From Tetramitus jugosus (lineage: Eukaryota; Protista; Heterolobosea), in assembly GCA_937625935.1 (NCBI GenBank), contig OW569356.1, forward strand, positions 496,001-560,000: a stretch of DNA of 64,000 nt, in the 5' to 3' direction. Position numbers and translations under genes: made by a program. Under the pieces are notes generated by a model. That model saw nothing but the letters and a program-made list of their open reading frames with translations, did no database searches and was not told the origin of the DNA. This document shows, in pieces, positions 10,143 through 22,478 of this stretch. Positions within the stretch are counted from its first letter, which is position 1, and the number at the start of each line of letters is the position of its first letter.

Positions 10143-12497
10143 ATGAACGAATATGATGAAGAACGTGTCTTCATGAAAACTGATGAAGATACTCAGCTTC
10201 AAGCTGTCAATAGTACTGAAATGAATCAGGTGAAGGCTCAGATGGAATTCAAAAACTTTTTGCAGACGTTTCAGATAGAGGACGAATTTATTTACTTGGA
10301 CCATATCCGAACAAACTATCGTTTGCGTCGATATTTTATTGTTATTCGATTGGAGCACTTGTATGCTTCGAACAGTAGGTTGGCAGATGCTTTTAGAACG
10401 GATCCTGCTTCTCTATTGCCAATTGTATGTTTTATTGTTGAATTTCATTGTTGTGAAATTTTTCATTGGCCGTTGTATTTTGGCGCCAAAAATCCATGCT
10501 CACACCGTATTTTACAATCATAGTTTGAACTGGCGACAAAGGAAGTAGCTTTTGAGCTACATGTGCACAAGTATACTCACGAGGAGTATCAAGAATCGGC
10601 TACAACTACTGTGGGTGATTTGTTTGACATCCAATTGCACTTTTCATGGCAAAGACGTGTGGTAGAAGCTCCCATCCATAGCTCTCTTGCGAACCATCAT
10701 CGTGAAGAGTCTTCTCACTCTCAGATTAGAGACCTTCAATCGTCTGATATTTCCAAACTCGTCAGTCTCGAAGGTATTATTATCAATGCCTCTCGAACGA
10801 GCTCCAAGGTGACTCGTGCATACATGCAATGCACCAATTGTAAGAATGAGATTGCAAGAACTGTGAAACCTGGTTATGCAGCCATTCAAGTACCTCAAAG
10901 ATGTGAAGCTACTTCAGCTGATGGTAACCCATGTCCTCTGAACTCTTATGTCATTGTGCCTGATCGCTGCCGATTTGTGGATCAGCAAACAATGAAGCTG
11001 CAGGAATGTCCTGATTCTGTACCCACGGGAGAAATGCCTAGAAATATCATTTTAACAGCGGATCGATACCTCGTAGAGAGAACACCACCTGGCACCAGAG
11101 TGATCATTGTTGGAATCTTTTCGACATTTACCTCTTCAAATAGGGGAAAAGGTGGTCAAGGCAACACCCGAAGTGTCTCCTATCCTTATATCCGTGTGTT
11201 AGGCATTGAAGTGAACAATGTTGGAGCTGGTCGTTCTGAATTCCAGTTCGACAAGGAAGAGGAAGACAAGTTTAGAAAATTTGCCAAGACACCTGGACTA
11301 TATGAAAGAATTGTCAACAACATTGATCCCGCCATTTTCGGTCACCAAGACATCAAGAAAGCAATATCTTGTCAATTGTTTGGTGGAACGCGTAAAACTC
11401 TGCCCGATGGTATCAAGAGAAGAGGAGACATCAATGTGTTGTTGCTTGGTGATCCATCGACAGCCAAGTCTCAATTACTTAAATTTACTGAGAAAGTGGC
11501 ACCAATCGGTGTGTATACCTCTGGCAAAGGAAGTAGTGCTGCTGGTTTGACAGCATGTATTATTAAGGAGAAAGGAAGTGGCGAGTATTATTTAGAAGGT
11601 GGATCAATGGTGTTGGCCGATGGTGGTATTGTGTGTATTGATGAGTTTGACAAGATGCGTGACCAGGACAGAGTTGCTATTCACGAAGCCATGGAACAGC
11701 AAACCATTTCTATTGCAAAAGCTGGTATCACCACTGTGTTAAACAGTAGAACATCGGTGTTGGCTGCTGCTAATCCTGTGTTTGGACGATATGATGACAT
11801 GAAGTCAGCTGAAGAACAAATTGATTTCCAAACCACTATCCTTTCTCGTTTCGATATGATCTTTATTGTCAGAGATACAAAGGACCGATCACAAGATTTA
11901 AGAATTGCGGAGCACGTTTTGAACATTCACAAGAATGCCAAGTCAAAGACTCACTCGTCAGGCGAGCTATCAATTGAATATCTCAAGAGATACATCTCAT
12001 ACTGCAGAAAGACATCGTTCCCAACGCTATCGGAAGAAGCATCAGAAATCTTGAAGAACTACTATGTCGAACAAAGAGCCAGAAATAAGACAAATGACAA
12101 TATGCCTGTTATTCCAATTACTGTGAGACAGTTGGAGGCTCTTGTGAGAATTTCGGAAGCTCTTGCCAGAATGGTGTTATCTGATATCGCAACTGCTGAC
12201 CACGCTCGTGAAGCTATCAATCTTTTCAAGAGCTCAACTATCGAAGCTATCAATTCAGGTCAAGTGGGTGACGTTGCCTCGATGAGTCAAGAAATGAGTC
12301 AAGAGATTCAAAAGTGTGAAGACCAGATCAAGAAGAAGTTGCCAATTGGAACAATGATGAATCAAGAAGCACTCGTGACAATGGTGCAGCGTTTAGGTTT
12401 ACAGAGATTGTCCATTGAGCGAGCAATATTTATCATGGCACTAAGGGGTGAGGTCGAACATCGACATAAGAAGAGATCCATTTACAGGAAGCGTTAA
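10143..12497 (+). CDS. MCM5: DNA replication licensing factor MCM5; 2 exons
   Basis: Exon 1 10143-10424, intron 10425-10523 (GTATGT...GCTCAC...TAG), exon 2 10524-12497. Zn finger CTNC...[51 protein letters not shown]. Confidence 0.97.
10478..10491. promoter_or_regulatory. Palindromic double E2F consensus in MCM5 intron 1
   Basis: Perfect 14-bp palindrome TTTTGGCGCCAAAA, giving TTTGGCGC on both strands. Confidence 0.5.
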
Positions 12498-12565
12498 TTT
12501 CGTTCATATGGAACATAAAAGTTAGACCATATGCATTATTTATTGAAAAATGTCGCTGTATGTAT

Positions 12566-15167
12566 TTACATCTCCAAGTACAACTCGCCAAACGAAATGT
12601 CTCTTGCAGAAATCTCTGCCATTCGTACTACTCTCCTTCCTTGGTCAGTGTTGATTGTTTGAATCGGGACGAGCAACTTGATATACTTGTTCTTCAAATC
12701 TTGCATCCTGAAATTGCCCATATTCTCACCCCGAGGAGCATTCTTGTTTAGCAAGGGATAAATGTATGGACATATGAGTCGAACAGAAGCATCATCATCA
12801 ATGAATCGCTCTTGTGGAATCTGATAAGTGTGGCCAACTTCTAATCCTCTTCTGTTCATTTGGTTGTACAAAAAGGCAGATGAGGCTTCGTGTGTAAGTG
12901 CCATTGGAATCATAGCCAACTGTTTCGAGTTCTGCAAAGAGAAATCACCAACGAGTCCATCATTCGTTATTCTCGATTCAACTGTGTCAGGCAAGGAGAC
13001 CAATCGCTTCTCAGTTCCTAAAGTTTCTTTGGTTCCTAAAGAAAAGTGTTGCTTCAACGGATGAGGATAGACAACTTGCTTTTTGATCATTTGTTCTCCA
13101 TTGAAGAATTGACTTTCGTTTTGACTAGTTTGTTCCTTCTCAACCGATATGCTTTCTTCCTCGTGCTGTGGCAGTTGGTGTTGACTCTTTTGTTTGTCAT
13201 TGTCAGATGACGGAGACGCAGTCAACAATCTCATACCCTGTCGATTGACTCCTCGTCTATTGTGGTAAGGATACATGGCAGATGGTGAAGCCTCCATTGG
13301 TCCATAGGAAGAAGGCATATTGTAAAGTGCAGGAGTGCTTGATCCAATAGGAGTATTGGATGAGAACAAGGATGGCAAACAATGGAACAAAAATCCCACG
13401 CAAAACAAGACACTGAACAACATGACAGTCTTTGCCTTGCTTGCATTGCCATTGTTTTTGAGCAAGGACTTGTCGCTCTTCAGCGGTCCGTTCGTAAGCT
13501 TCAATTGAAACTTTAACTGTTCATTCTCCTTTTCCAACAGTTGTACCTTTGCTTTCAAATCGTTGACTTCATGCTTTAACTGTGTGCAAGTACTGGTCAA
13601 CTGAGCATTCAATTCTTGAGCCACCTGCAGTTCATGCTTTTTATTTTCACGAGATCTCCTAGCGGATTGCCGATTACGCAGTTTCCTGTTTGACAAAAAT
13701 TGTCGTGTGTCAGTGAACTGTACGACCACGACGAATAGGAGACAAACATAACAAACAACAAAAAAACACATACTTTTTCAATCTCTTGTCTGCATCAGTG
13801 AGCTGACTGGTTGGTATTTGATTCAAGCGATTCAATTCTCTTTCATCGTCAATCTCCTCTGAAACCTCTCGTTTTCTCTTGTTACTACTGCTACTAGAGC
13901 TACTAGAGCTACTGTTGACAGGTGAAGGAGACAATGATAGTTCACTGCTCTCATCTCCACTCAAGCTAGGTGACACAGAAGATACATTGACTGACTCTGA
14001 TTTAGAAACTCTTCTCTTTTTTGTCGCTGTTTCAACAACATTTTCACTACTGAGGCTACTATGATCATGAGTCAATGCACGAAGGTATTCATCATCATTG
14101 ACAATGTCATCCTCGTCATAGCCATCACGATCCATCATCATGGCCATCAACGATGGTGATCCATCATCATTGTCATCTTCACTTGAAATGTTTCTCATCA
14201 TCATCAAATGATCATCATCACCAACATTGTCATGACTACTACCATTTGATGATGATGATGGTGATGATAATGACGATGTAAGAGAAATGAATGGTGATGT
14301 TTCACTGCTGTTATTGTCAATGAGCATGAGAACATCGTTCCATTCACCATCCAATGGTTGTTGTTGTTGTTGTAGTTCAAATTGCTCTTGATTCAATATC
14401 GAATCACAACAATAGTATCCATCATCATCATTATTTACATCATTTACATCATTATTTACATCATTATTGATATCAATGCTATTGTTGTTGTTGTTGTCGT
14501 TGTTGTTATTGGTATCGAGTAGTAAGAAACTACTTGTGTTTGATTGATCAGTGTCCAATGTAATCAGTGTTGGAGTCGTTGGAGTAGTAACAACAGTCGG
14601 AGTGGTCGAGTTGTGATGATGATGATGAACTTCCTTTTTTGGAGATGGACAGGATAAAAACACTGAAGATGGCTTATCATTCTTCTTGTTATGATTATTT
14701 TTGTGACTATGATTCTTATTATTATTATTATTATCATTATTATCATCATGATCACTATTGTTCATCAAATCAAACGTTGCACTGTTCATAGTGATTGTTG
14801 GAAGATACAATTGTTGTTGTTGTTGATGTGACAGTGGTATTGGTTGGAATGGATAAATGGGAAAAGCATGATGGTTGTGATGTGATGTTGTTGCTGCTGC
14901 TGTAGCTGCTGTGGTAGCTGTAGCAGTTGATATGAGAATAGGTGCACCAACATGGTGAGCTGAAGCTGTAAAATATTGAGGGGTATAATAAGCGTAAGGA
15001 GCTGTCGCAGTCGTAGGGCATAGAGTAGGATTATTGTTGTTGTTGTTGTTCATGAGAAGAGGATGATGTGATGATGGTGATGATGATGATGCGGCGCGAG
15101 TAGTAGTGGAAGAGGAGGTGTTTGTGCGAGACTTGTTGTTGCGACTTCGGCTTGTTGGTATCGCCAT
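12566..15167 (-). CDS. Membrane-tethered bZIP transcription factor (ATF6/CREB3/bZIP28-like architecture); 2 exons
   Basis: Intron 13773-13686 (GTATGT...ACTGAC...CAG) joins DKRLKK|KLRNRQSARRSRENKK basic region and Leu zipper; then TM VMLFSVLFCVGFLF, candidate S1P site RLLT, and a luminal C-terminal region. Confidence 0.85.
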
Positions 15168-15327
15168 CTTGAGTTGAATCGGGTTCAGAACAGGCTGAAT
15201 ATCGGTGTGTTGATGGATTTTTTTGTTGCGTGTGTTTGAAGCTTTTTGTTGTGCTTTTTACGGTTGAATGGAAATTTTGTGTCGGAAAAAGAATCTTGCC
15301 TTGGACACTACAACTCCTACTCCGAAT

Positions 15328-17118
15328 TTAAGAGGTGAAACTCCATCTGTCTGTTTCGCCTCTGGACTCTCTGATTTGCAACTCTGTGGATTTGATGAGA
15401 GCAGTGTCGGGGCTAACTCTGGGATCCATGTGGAACAGGGAGGGAGAGCGGTATGAATTTGTGACTGGAGTGGAAGCTCTCTTGTAGGATCTCATCGGAG
15501 TTGCGTTAGTACTCATTCGCGAGGAATCTGATCCTCGTTCTTCAGTATCTCGATGATTCGTATTGATATCAGTACTTCCCTTTCGAATACTCTTGTTGAC
15601 TAGAGCCTGCAACTCGGCATGTTTTAGATCCAGACTTGCAATCTTCAGCGTCAACTGTTCAAGTTTATCCTCAGCCAAAATCTCTGACTGATTGGACAGA
15701 GATCGCTGGCTCTCCATTTCTTTCTTGATCTCTCCGATCTCACTTTGAATTTTGTTCTTCAGTACCGTGGCATACTTTTGCATCAAGACCTTGTTGCTTT
15801 CTGCTAGGTTTTTCTTCAAGGCTGCTTCGGGTTGACCCATCCTCCATTGTTCCTTGATATTGTGACATAATTGTCTCAGAGCATCCAGCTGTGTTTCGAG
15901 GCTATGAAGTACATCATCGCGCTCAATAATCTGAGCTTGTGTGCTGTTCTTGACATCCGATACATCTTTCGACAATTTGGAAACATGAGAATACACATCA
16001 TTGATCTTCTCAGTCTGTTCAGCGGATGATAGGGAGAAATCTTCTCCCAGTTTGTTACACTCTGATATTTGAACTTCCAATTGACTGATTCTCTTCTTCA
16101 ATGATTCTATGTGGTTTTGGGCTGCATCTCTTTCCTCTGCGATCCTATCGTACAATTGAGTAATCCTTGCATTGCTGTCTGTTAAACCTTGAATCTTCTT
16201 AATGTTCTCAGCAACTACCGTTTCCAGTGCTGCTATTCGATTTGTCATCTCTGTCTCTTTTCTTTTTATTCTCGACAAGTCATCAGTGTGTAAGTCAATG
16301 GTATCTATTACCGTGCTTTGGTGCTTATGCATCTGTATTGTTACATCTTTGGACAATTGTTGAATATCTTGGTAGGCCCTCCCCCATTTCTCATCGATAG
16401 ATTTGCTGTTGTGTTTTGTTGAAATATCTATCTCTGCTGCCAAAGTCGTCTTAACTTCCGCAAGCACACGACCTACAATTGTTTTCTTTAGAGATGCCAT
16501 CTCCTCGGTCAGTGATTTAGATCCCTCTTCACTTTTTTCAATCTGTGCCTGGACCGCACTTATTCTGTCTGTACATTTCTGAATCAACTGGTCTAGTACG
16601 AGATTATTCTGTCGATTCTCTTTGGTTATCTTCTCAACACTTGAACTTAACAAGTTACTGTGGTGCTCTTGTTGTAGTTTGATCAATTCGACGCCAGAAT
16701 CGATCGTTTCTCGCCATTTCTTATCGCTACCACTATACTTTAATCGAGCGGCCTCCATTGTAAGTACGGCCTCCTCCTTCAATTGTTTGGACACGAGGGA
16801 TGTTCTCGTCTCAAACTCATACAGCACTTCATCATGCAATTTCGTACACATGGTCCTCACATTATCCATCTCCAACTTCAAATTTGACACTTGATTATTG
16901 AGATAAGTAATCTCAATGTGGTCAGTACTACTGCTCAGCCCAGAAGCACTGCTGAATCGAGTACTCTTGCCTGGTGTGTCGAATGACAGCGGTGCTGACC
17001 GCGTAGGACTTCGATAGGAAGAATAAACATCATTTGTTCTAAGAACAGAGGACAATGGTGGTTGCCAGTCCATGTATGAATCAACTGATTTTAACTTGTG
17101 AAAATGTAGAATAGTCAT
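15328..17118 (-). CDS. Long coiled-coil protein, function unknown
   Basis: 596-aa ORF (alternative ATG 17073), E/K/Q/L heptad-rich centre with Ser-rich ends. Confidence 0.75.
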   Translation of the reverse strand: MTILHFHKLKSVDSYMDWQPPLSSVLRTNDVYSSYRSPTRSAPLSFDTPGKSTRFSSASGLSSSTDHIEITYLNNQVSNLKLEMDNVRTMCTKLHDEVLYEFETRTSLVSKQLKEEAVLTMEAARLKYSGSDKKWRETIDSGVELIKLQQEHHSNLLSSSVEKITKENRQNNLVLDQLIQKCTDRISAVQAQIEKSEEGSKSLTEEMASLKKTIVGRVLAEVKTTLAAEIDISTKHNSKSIDEKWGRAYQDIQQLSKDVTIQMHKHQSTVIDTIDLHTDDLSRIKRKETEMTNRIAALETVVAENIKKIQGLTDSNARITQLYDRIAEERDAAQNHIESLKKRISQLEVQISECNKLGEDFSLSSAEQTEKINDVYSHVSKLSKDVSDVKNSTQAQIIERDDVLHSLETQLDALRQLCHNIKEQWRMGQPEAALKKNLAESNKVLMQKYATVLKNKIQSEIGEIKKEMESQRSLSNQSEILAEDKLEQLTLKIASLDLKHAELQALVNKSIRKGSTDINTNHRDTEERGSDSSRMSTNATPMRSYKRASTPVTNSYRSPSLFHMDPRVSPDTALIKSTELQIRESRGETDRWSFTS

Positions 17119-17243
17119 AAACAGATCCGTTAACGGTCGGCGGGGTTGGGATCGGAGATATCTTCTTGTTGAACCCGCTCTTCAGCTTTACAACAACAGC
17201 AATTGCTTCTGAAACCTAGATACAAACCTACTGATACAACAAA

Positions 17244-18325
17244 ATGAATGCCATGTCCCTTGATGCAAGATATCTGCTCAACCAAATCAACGACTTGGAG
17301 TGCAAGAGAAGAGAGGAACAAGTGACTCTGATCGAAGAGCAAACCAAGCATCAGAGAACAACACAAGAACTGTCTCAAATCAATGAAGAACTAAAGCTTC
17401 AACAATACAAAACTGAGCAATTAAAGCTAAAGCTTAGTCAATTAGAGTTTCAAGACATTCCAAACCTCAAAAAGAGAGAAGAAGTGCTCAAAGAGACATA
17501 TCAACTTACCAAGAGTCAAATTGAAGTCACTGAAAAGGATACAAAATTCAAAATGGAGCAATCGGACTGTAAAATGTATGTACTCACATTGTCCAAACAA
17601 ATACATTGACCACACATTCGTTAGACTTACACATGAACACTATTTGCAGCAATAATCTGCAACAAGTAGTCAACGAACTGTTGGACAATAAGCAGAAATC
17701 CATTGATTATTGGAACCAATTGGCTTCAGTGAAGCAAATGCATGACCTGGAGCAAAAACTGAAGCAAATGGAGAATGAGTTAAGTTCTCAACTGGAAGCT
17801 AGGGACCAATCGTTGAAACAAATGAAGCATGAGGCCGACCTGCTTGAAAAGACCAATGAAAGGCTCAATAGAGAATTGAGAGACCTTATCATTGAGAAAC
17901 AAGTACTTGATGCCAACCAGCCGGACGTTGACAGTTCCACCTTGGCCTTGGAACGACCGGCGCCACACCAAACAACATCCTTGGATAAAAACCAAGCCCA
18001 ACTTGATGAACTTCATAATCAAGTGGAGCAAATCAAGTCCAATAATGAGCAACAAGAACAAACATTTTTGCGACTCGAAAGGTATGTGATGTGTTGTGAC
18101 GCATTTCGTTCTGCCATTCTTTGCCGAATTTGAAGCTCACCCGTTTTTTGATAATTCTTGCGTTAATGCCGATCCGAAACGACCAGTTCCCTCGAGCAAA
18201 AGTTGAATGGTTGGGTGCGTATGTCTGTTGTGATTGGAGCTGTCGAGTCCGAGCAAATGTGCTCCCAGTGTGTCGCGAAACAAGTGAGAGAATTTTATTC
18301 CTCTCCTGCCGAAGTAGTAGAATAA
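17244..18325 (+). CDS. Coiled-coil protein, function unknown; 3 exons
   Basis: Introns 17576-17649 and 18082-18186 (both GTATGT...CAG, phase 2) join ORFs 17244 and 17606 to a last exon ending EFYSSPAEVVE-stop at 18325. Confidence 0.7.
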
Positions 18326-18536
18326 TTGTTCCTGTTCCGAATTCCAATCAAGAAAGCCCGGCGCACCAAGAATACTCGGCCCCTACACTGTCCGTCTCCT
18401 CAAACAACTTATCATCCCTGGCCAATTTCTTTCATCTCTTCGCCGAGTGCCCGTCAACTCGACCGAACCAAAACCGAACAACTACGACCACATTAAAAAA
18501 ACAACAACCAATCTTTTAATTGAGAGAACACAATCG

Positions 18537-21500
18537 ATGCTTCCTCCTCTCTCCATCACAACAACAACGACAACAGCGGCCACAACAACAAACGCATCAC
18601 AAACATCGACGAGTCACCGCCACAACAACAATAGCCACCTTCTTCAACAGCATCAACAACGCGTGTCTTCACCCACAATAACAACGTCACCACGGAACAG
18701 TTTCATCGGTCTCCCCTCAGAAAAAAACCCTGGCACCACTCATCACTCGAAAATTATTCAACCAACAACAACAACAACATTGACTACTCATGCGAACAAA
18801 AGCCCTGTTATGATGAACAATCATCACAGGTCATCACCTCCAAATGTTGTCTCTTCACCACCATCAACACCACCATCGTCCTCTGCTCACATGTGTACCA
18901 CTGAACCATCAAGCTGTAGTAGTAGTAGCAGTAACAGTAGTGATGAACCATGTAAAAGTAATGCGTCACTCACGAGTAATCATCATCACTCATCATCCAT
19001 GTCAATGACACCAACAATGACACATCCACAACAAGCAAAAAAATCCATCAATCATTTTTCTCACATGCAGACCAACAATAACAATAACAACAATCATTTT
19101 CAACAACTTCAACTCATACAACAAATGCAATTACAACAACGTATGCGACACATACAGTCTATTACCCCGCCTCCATTCAATCAATCATCACTCATGATAC
19201 GAGGAGCACCTTCTCCATTTCACTCGTCACCTGAGGCACCCAAACAAAATTTTGTGTTTGTGCAGGAACAGCCACAAGAAGACTATCATTTTGTTGAGAA
19301 TCGACCAACACTATATCAACAACATCAACAACAACAACAACAGAGTGTGACTCACATGAATGGACGTTCATGGCAATCGACAACACCACTTGTATCACAA
19401 CAGCAACAGCAATCACTTAACAGTGGTCATCACATGAGTGCTGGTATCAATGGTCAACAACAACAACAACAGTTTATGTCATCATTACCTTCTCCATCAT
19501 CATTACCTTCGCCATCATCATCATCACCATTACCACCATCTGCTACACTACCGACAATGGCGACAACAACCACTACTCTATTGTCTCCACCACCACCACC
19601 ACCACCACAGCAACTACAATGGAATCAAAAGGCATTATCATCGACATCCTCTTTGACTTCACCTTCTATAATGATGATGATGGCTACAGCAGGAACAACA
19701 CCTCGTTCAATGACTGCTGCTGCCTCACCAATACCAAATACTCACCACTCACATCACAACCATCATCAGAATCATAGTATGAGTCATGGCATCTCATTGT
19801 CACAACCATCATCAACAACATCACTATCAACACCACCACCACCATCAACAACAACAGCAGCAGCGGCAGGTAATTCAGGTATGGTCATTGCCAATTCACC
19901 TCTTCTCGCTTCAAACGGAGTGAGAACAAGCACACCAACAATGATCACCACACCACCTACTATTGCTACGCCGACACCTCATAACAATCATACGAATACT
20001 AACAATAATAGAAATGGGTTGTTGAATCACGCATCAAGCATTACTCCTCCACCACCAAACAGAATCAACAACAATAATAACAACAACAACAACAACAACA
20101 ACAATTCAAGTAACAGTAGTCAAGAAAATTCTTCACCATTTATTATCGAGGTAGTGAGACCAAAGGACAAACCAGAGTACACGAGAATATGGGAGAAGAA
20201 GAATTCGTTGGGCAGTGGAGGATTCGCGCAAGTGTATCGATTGTCATTGACTGGCACACCGTATTCCTATGCAGCGAAAATTATTGAAAAAAAGACGTTG
20301 ATTAGTGAGAAGAACAGGCAAATGGCTCAGAATGAAATTTTGATTCACAAGTCAATGAGTCATCCCAATATTGTCAAGTATGAGCATTCGTTCCTATCTG
20401 GCAATCAAGTGTTCATCTTGTTGGAGTTGTGTGATTGCAGTGTATGTTTGGCCTTTGTTTTTTTTTTGTGTTTGTTGTTGTAAGAGTTTATTGTAATTGA
20501 CACATTAACATTTTTTTTTTTGAAATTGAAACAACCAGACATTGAAAGATCTGGTCAAGAGGAGACGATTGAACGAGAGTCAAGCCAAATTCTATCTGAG
20601 ACAAATTTTGTTGGCAGTCATTTACATGCACGACAATGGTGTGATACATCGAGACTTGAAGATTGGTAACATGTTTCTCACAAACAATTTCACCACGTTA
20701 AAGATTGGTGACTTTGGTTTGTCGATGGCACATGACAAGCCGGATCCATGTGCTTCGACCATTGTGGGCACACCCAACTATTTGGCTCCAGAGATTTTGA
20801 ACCGAGGTGGTTATCACAAGACTGGTGATATATGGTCCATTGGATGTTGCTTGTATGCGATGCTGTATGGAAAACCTCCATTTGACTCACCCGATGTCAA
20901 AACAACCTATCGCAACATCAAGAATCGTCTCTTTGGATTCTCGTCCGATGTGGTCGTGAGTCCTGAAGCAAGAAGTTTGATTGATCGATGCTTGAGTCAC
21001 GATCCAATGCGCAGACCCACGTGCAATGAGATACTGTCTGATGAATTCTTCAAATTGAGCCTACCACCGTCCATTTCACCCATGAGTGGCAACATGAGTA
21101 TGATGATGGGTGGTAGCAGTGCGAGTGCAAGCTCCAGTGGTGGCAGCAGCTCTTCAACAGTACATCATCATCATCATGGTAACAATCAGAACCACAACAG
21201 CAACAGTAATGGTATATCTAGGAATAGTCCTCCATATGGAAACGGACTTTTATCACCTGTTGATCCTAGGCAGTTACCTTCACCTACAGTTTCTCCATTG
21301 GTTCGTTCGATGAACTCTTATGCGCCATCAACGTCCAATAGCAATCAAAACAAGCTAGCAAAGCCAAACAAGATGCGAAGAGTGATGCAACCCAATACCC
21401 TGCAGAGCTATCTCTTGACACAAAGTCCATCACCTACCCACTCAAACATGATGAATGACTCAGTATGTGTTACAGTGCCTCCTGATTCCAAAAACAATCA

Positions 21501-21603
21501 GATGTGCACACCACTGCTCCTGTCGTACGTGCATAGTCGATTTGTTGATCGATTAGACACTGGTGATACCTCTATTGTCTATCATTCACGTCGCAGACTG
21601 TAA
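18537..21603 (+). CDS. Polo-like (PLK) family Ser/Thr kinase without polo boxes; at least 2 exons
   Basis: Intron 20442-20538. Motifs LGSGGFAQVY, YAAKII, NEILIHKSMSHPNIV, LELC, HRDLKIGNMFL, KIGDFG, GTPNYLAPE. A possible extra intron 21525-21629 would move the stop to 21681. Confidence 0.85.
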
Positions 21604-21836
21604 CTCTAACCCCTCGTCTGATCTCCAAGTATTTATTGGTTTCGATGTGCGAGTTTGAATAACAACGCAAAGCGGAACTAAACGATGAATGACAAGACAT
21701 TTACCAATGTTTCATTTTCAATACAGTAAAGATCAACGTTCATTGGATGTATTCACAACCAACACCTTCTATTAATAGAACAGGCACCAAGCAAACACCA
21801 AAACAAAACAACCAACATCGCACGAATCACTCAGGT

Positions 21837-22319
21837 ATGCAAAGGTGTGCGCGAACCAAGCATTTCTTCTCCATTCTCCCCCACAATAGAATCAGCACCA
21901 ACAACAAGTCCTGCTTTTCCACTCCCATATCCCATCGTATGATGTCATCTTCCACAAGTTCAAAGATACAAGTGAGTCCAGTGGTTCACGACGCAAGGAA
22001 TCAAAGATTTACATGTGATCTGGCGATCCCTTCCTCAAGTGCAGCTGAATCAACAGTCACAAAGGGTCAAGGAATTCTCTCGTATCAAGTGCTTTCCAAG
22101 TCCAATGATCAAGCACCGCTATCTGTAGAGTACGATCACGTTGAAATTCCAGTTGAATTCAAGGGACATGATCTGGGCAAGGTCTTAGCAAATGCTGCAT
22201 TCGGGCATGCAAAGCAAAATAACTGGAGAGTCAAGGTCACTTGTCCCTATTTGGTGCGCAAGTACATTACATTGGATGAAGTCAAGCAAAAGTATGGCCA
22301 GAACATCATGAATGAATAA
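21837..22319 (+). CDS. Small GNAT-family acetyltransferase (YjdJ/NATD1-like), possibly mitochondrial
   Basis: EYDHVEIPVEFKGHDLGKVLANAAF...VTCPYL; basic Ser-rich leader without acidic residues. Start codon uncertain. Confidence 0.8.
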   Translation: MQRCARTKHFFSILPHNRISTNNKSCFSTPISHRMMSSSTSSKIQVSPVVHDARNQRFTCDLAIPSSSAAESTVTKGQGILSYQVLSKSNDQAPLSVEYDHVEIPVEFKGHDLGKVLANAAFGHAKQNNWRVKVTCPYLVRKYITLDEVKQKYGQNIMNE

Positions 22320-22478
22320 ATTAACGAGATTGTTGTCAATTCATTGTAAACAGGCGTTAGGAGAGTCATCTGTCAGGGTGTTTCCTGAAGTTCCATCCGA
22401 ACAGTGTTCCAAGGACCGAACTTCTTAAAAAACGCGAAAAACAAAGAAGAAAAGTTCTGGTCCAAACAAAGGTCAGAA

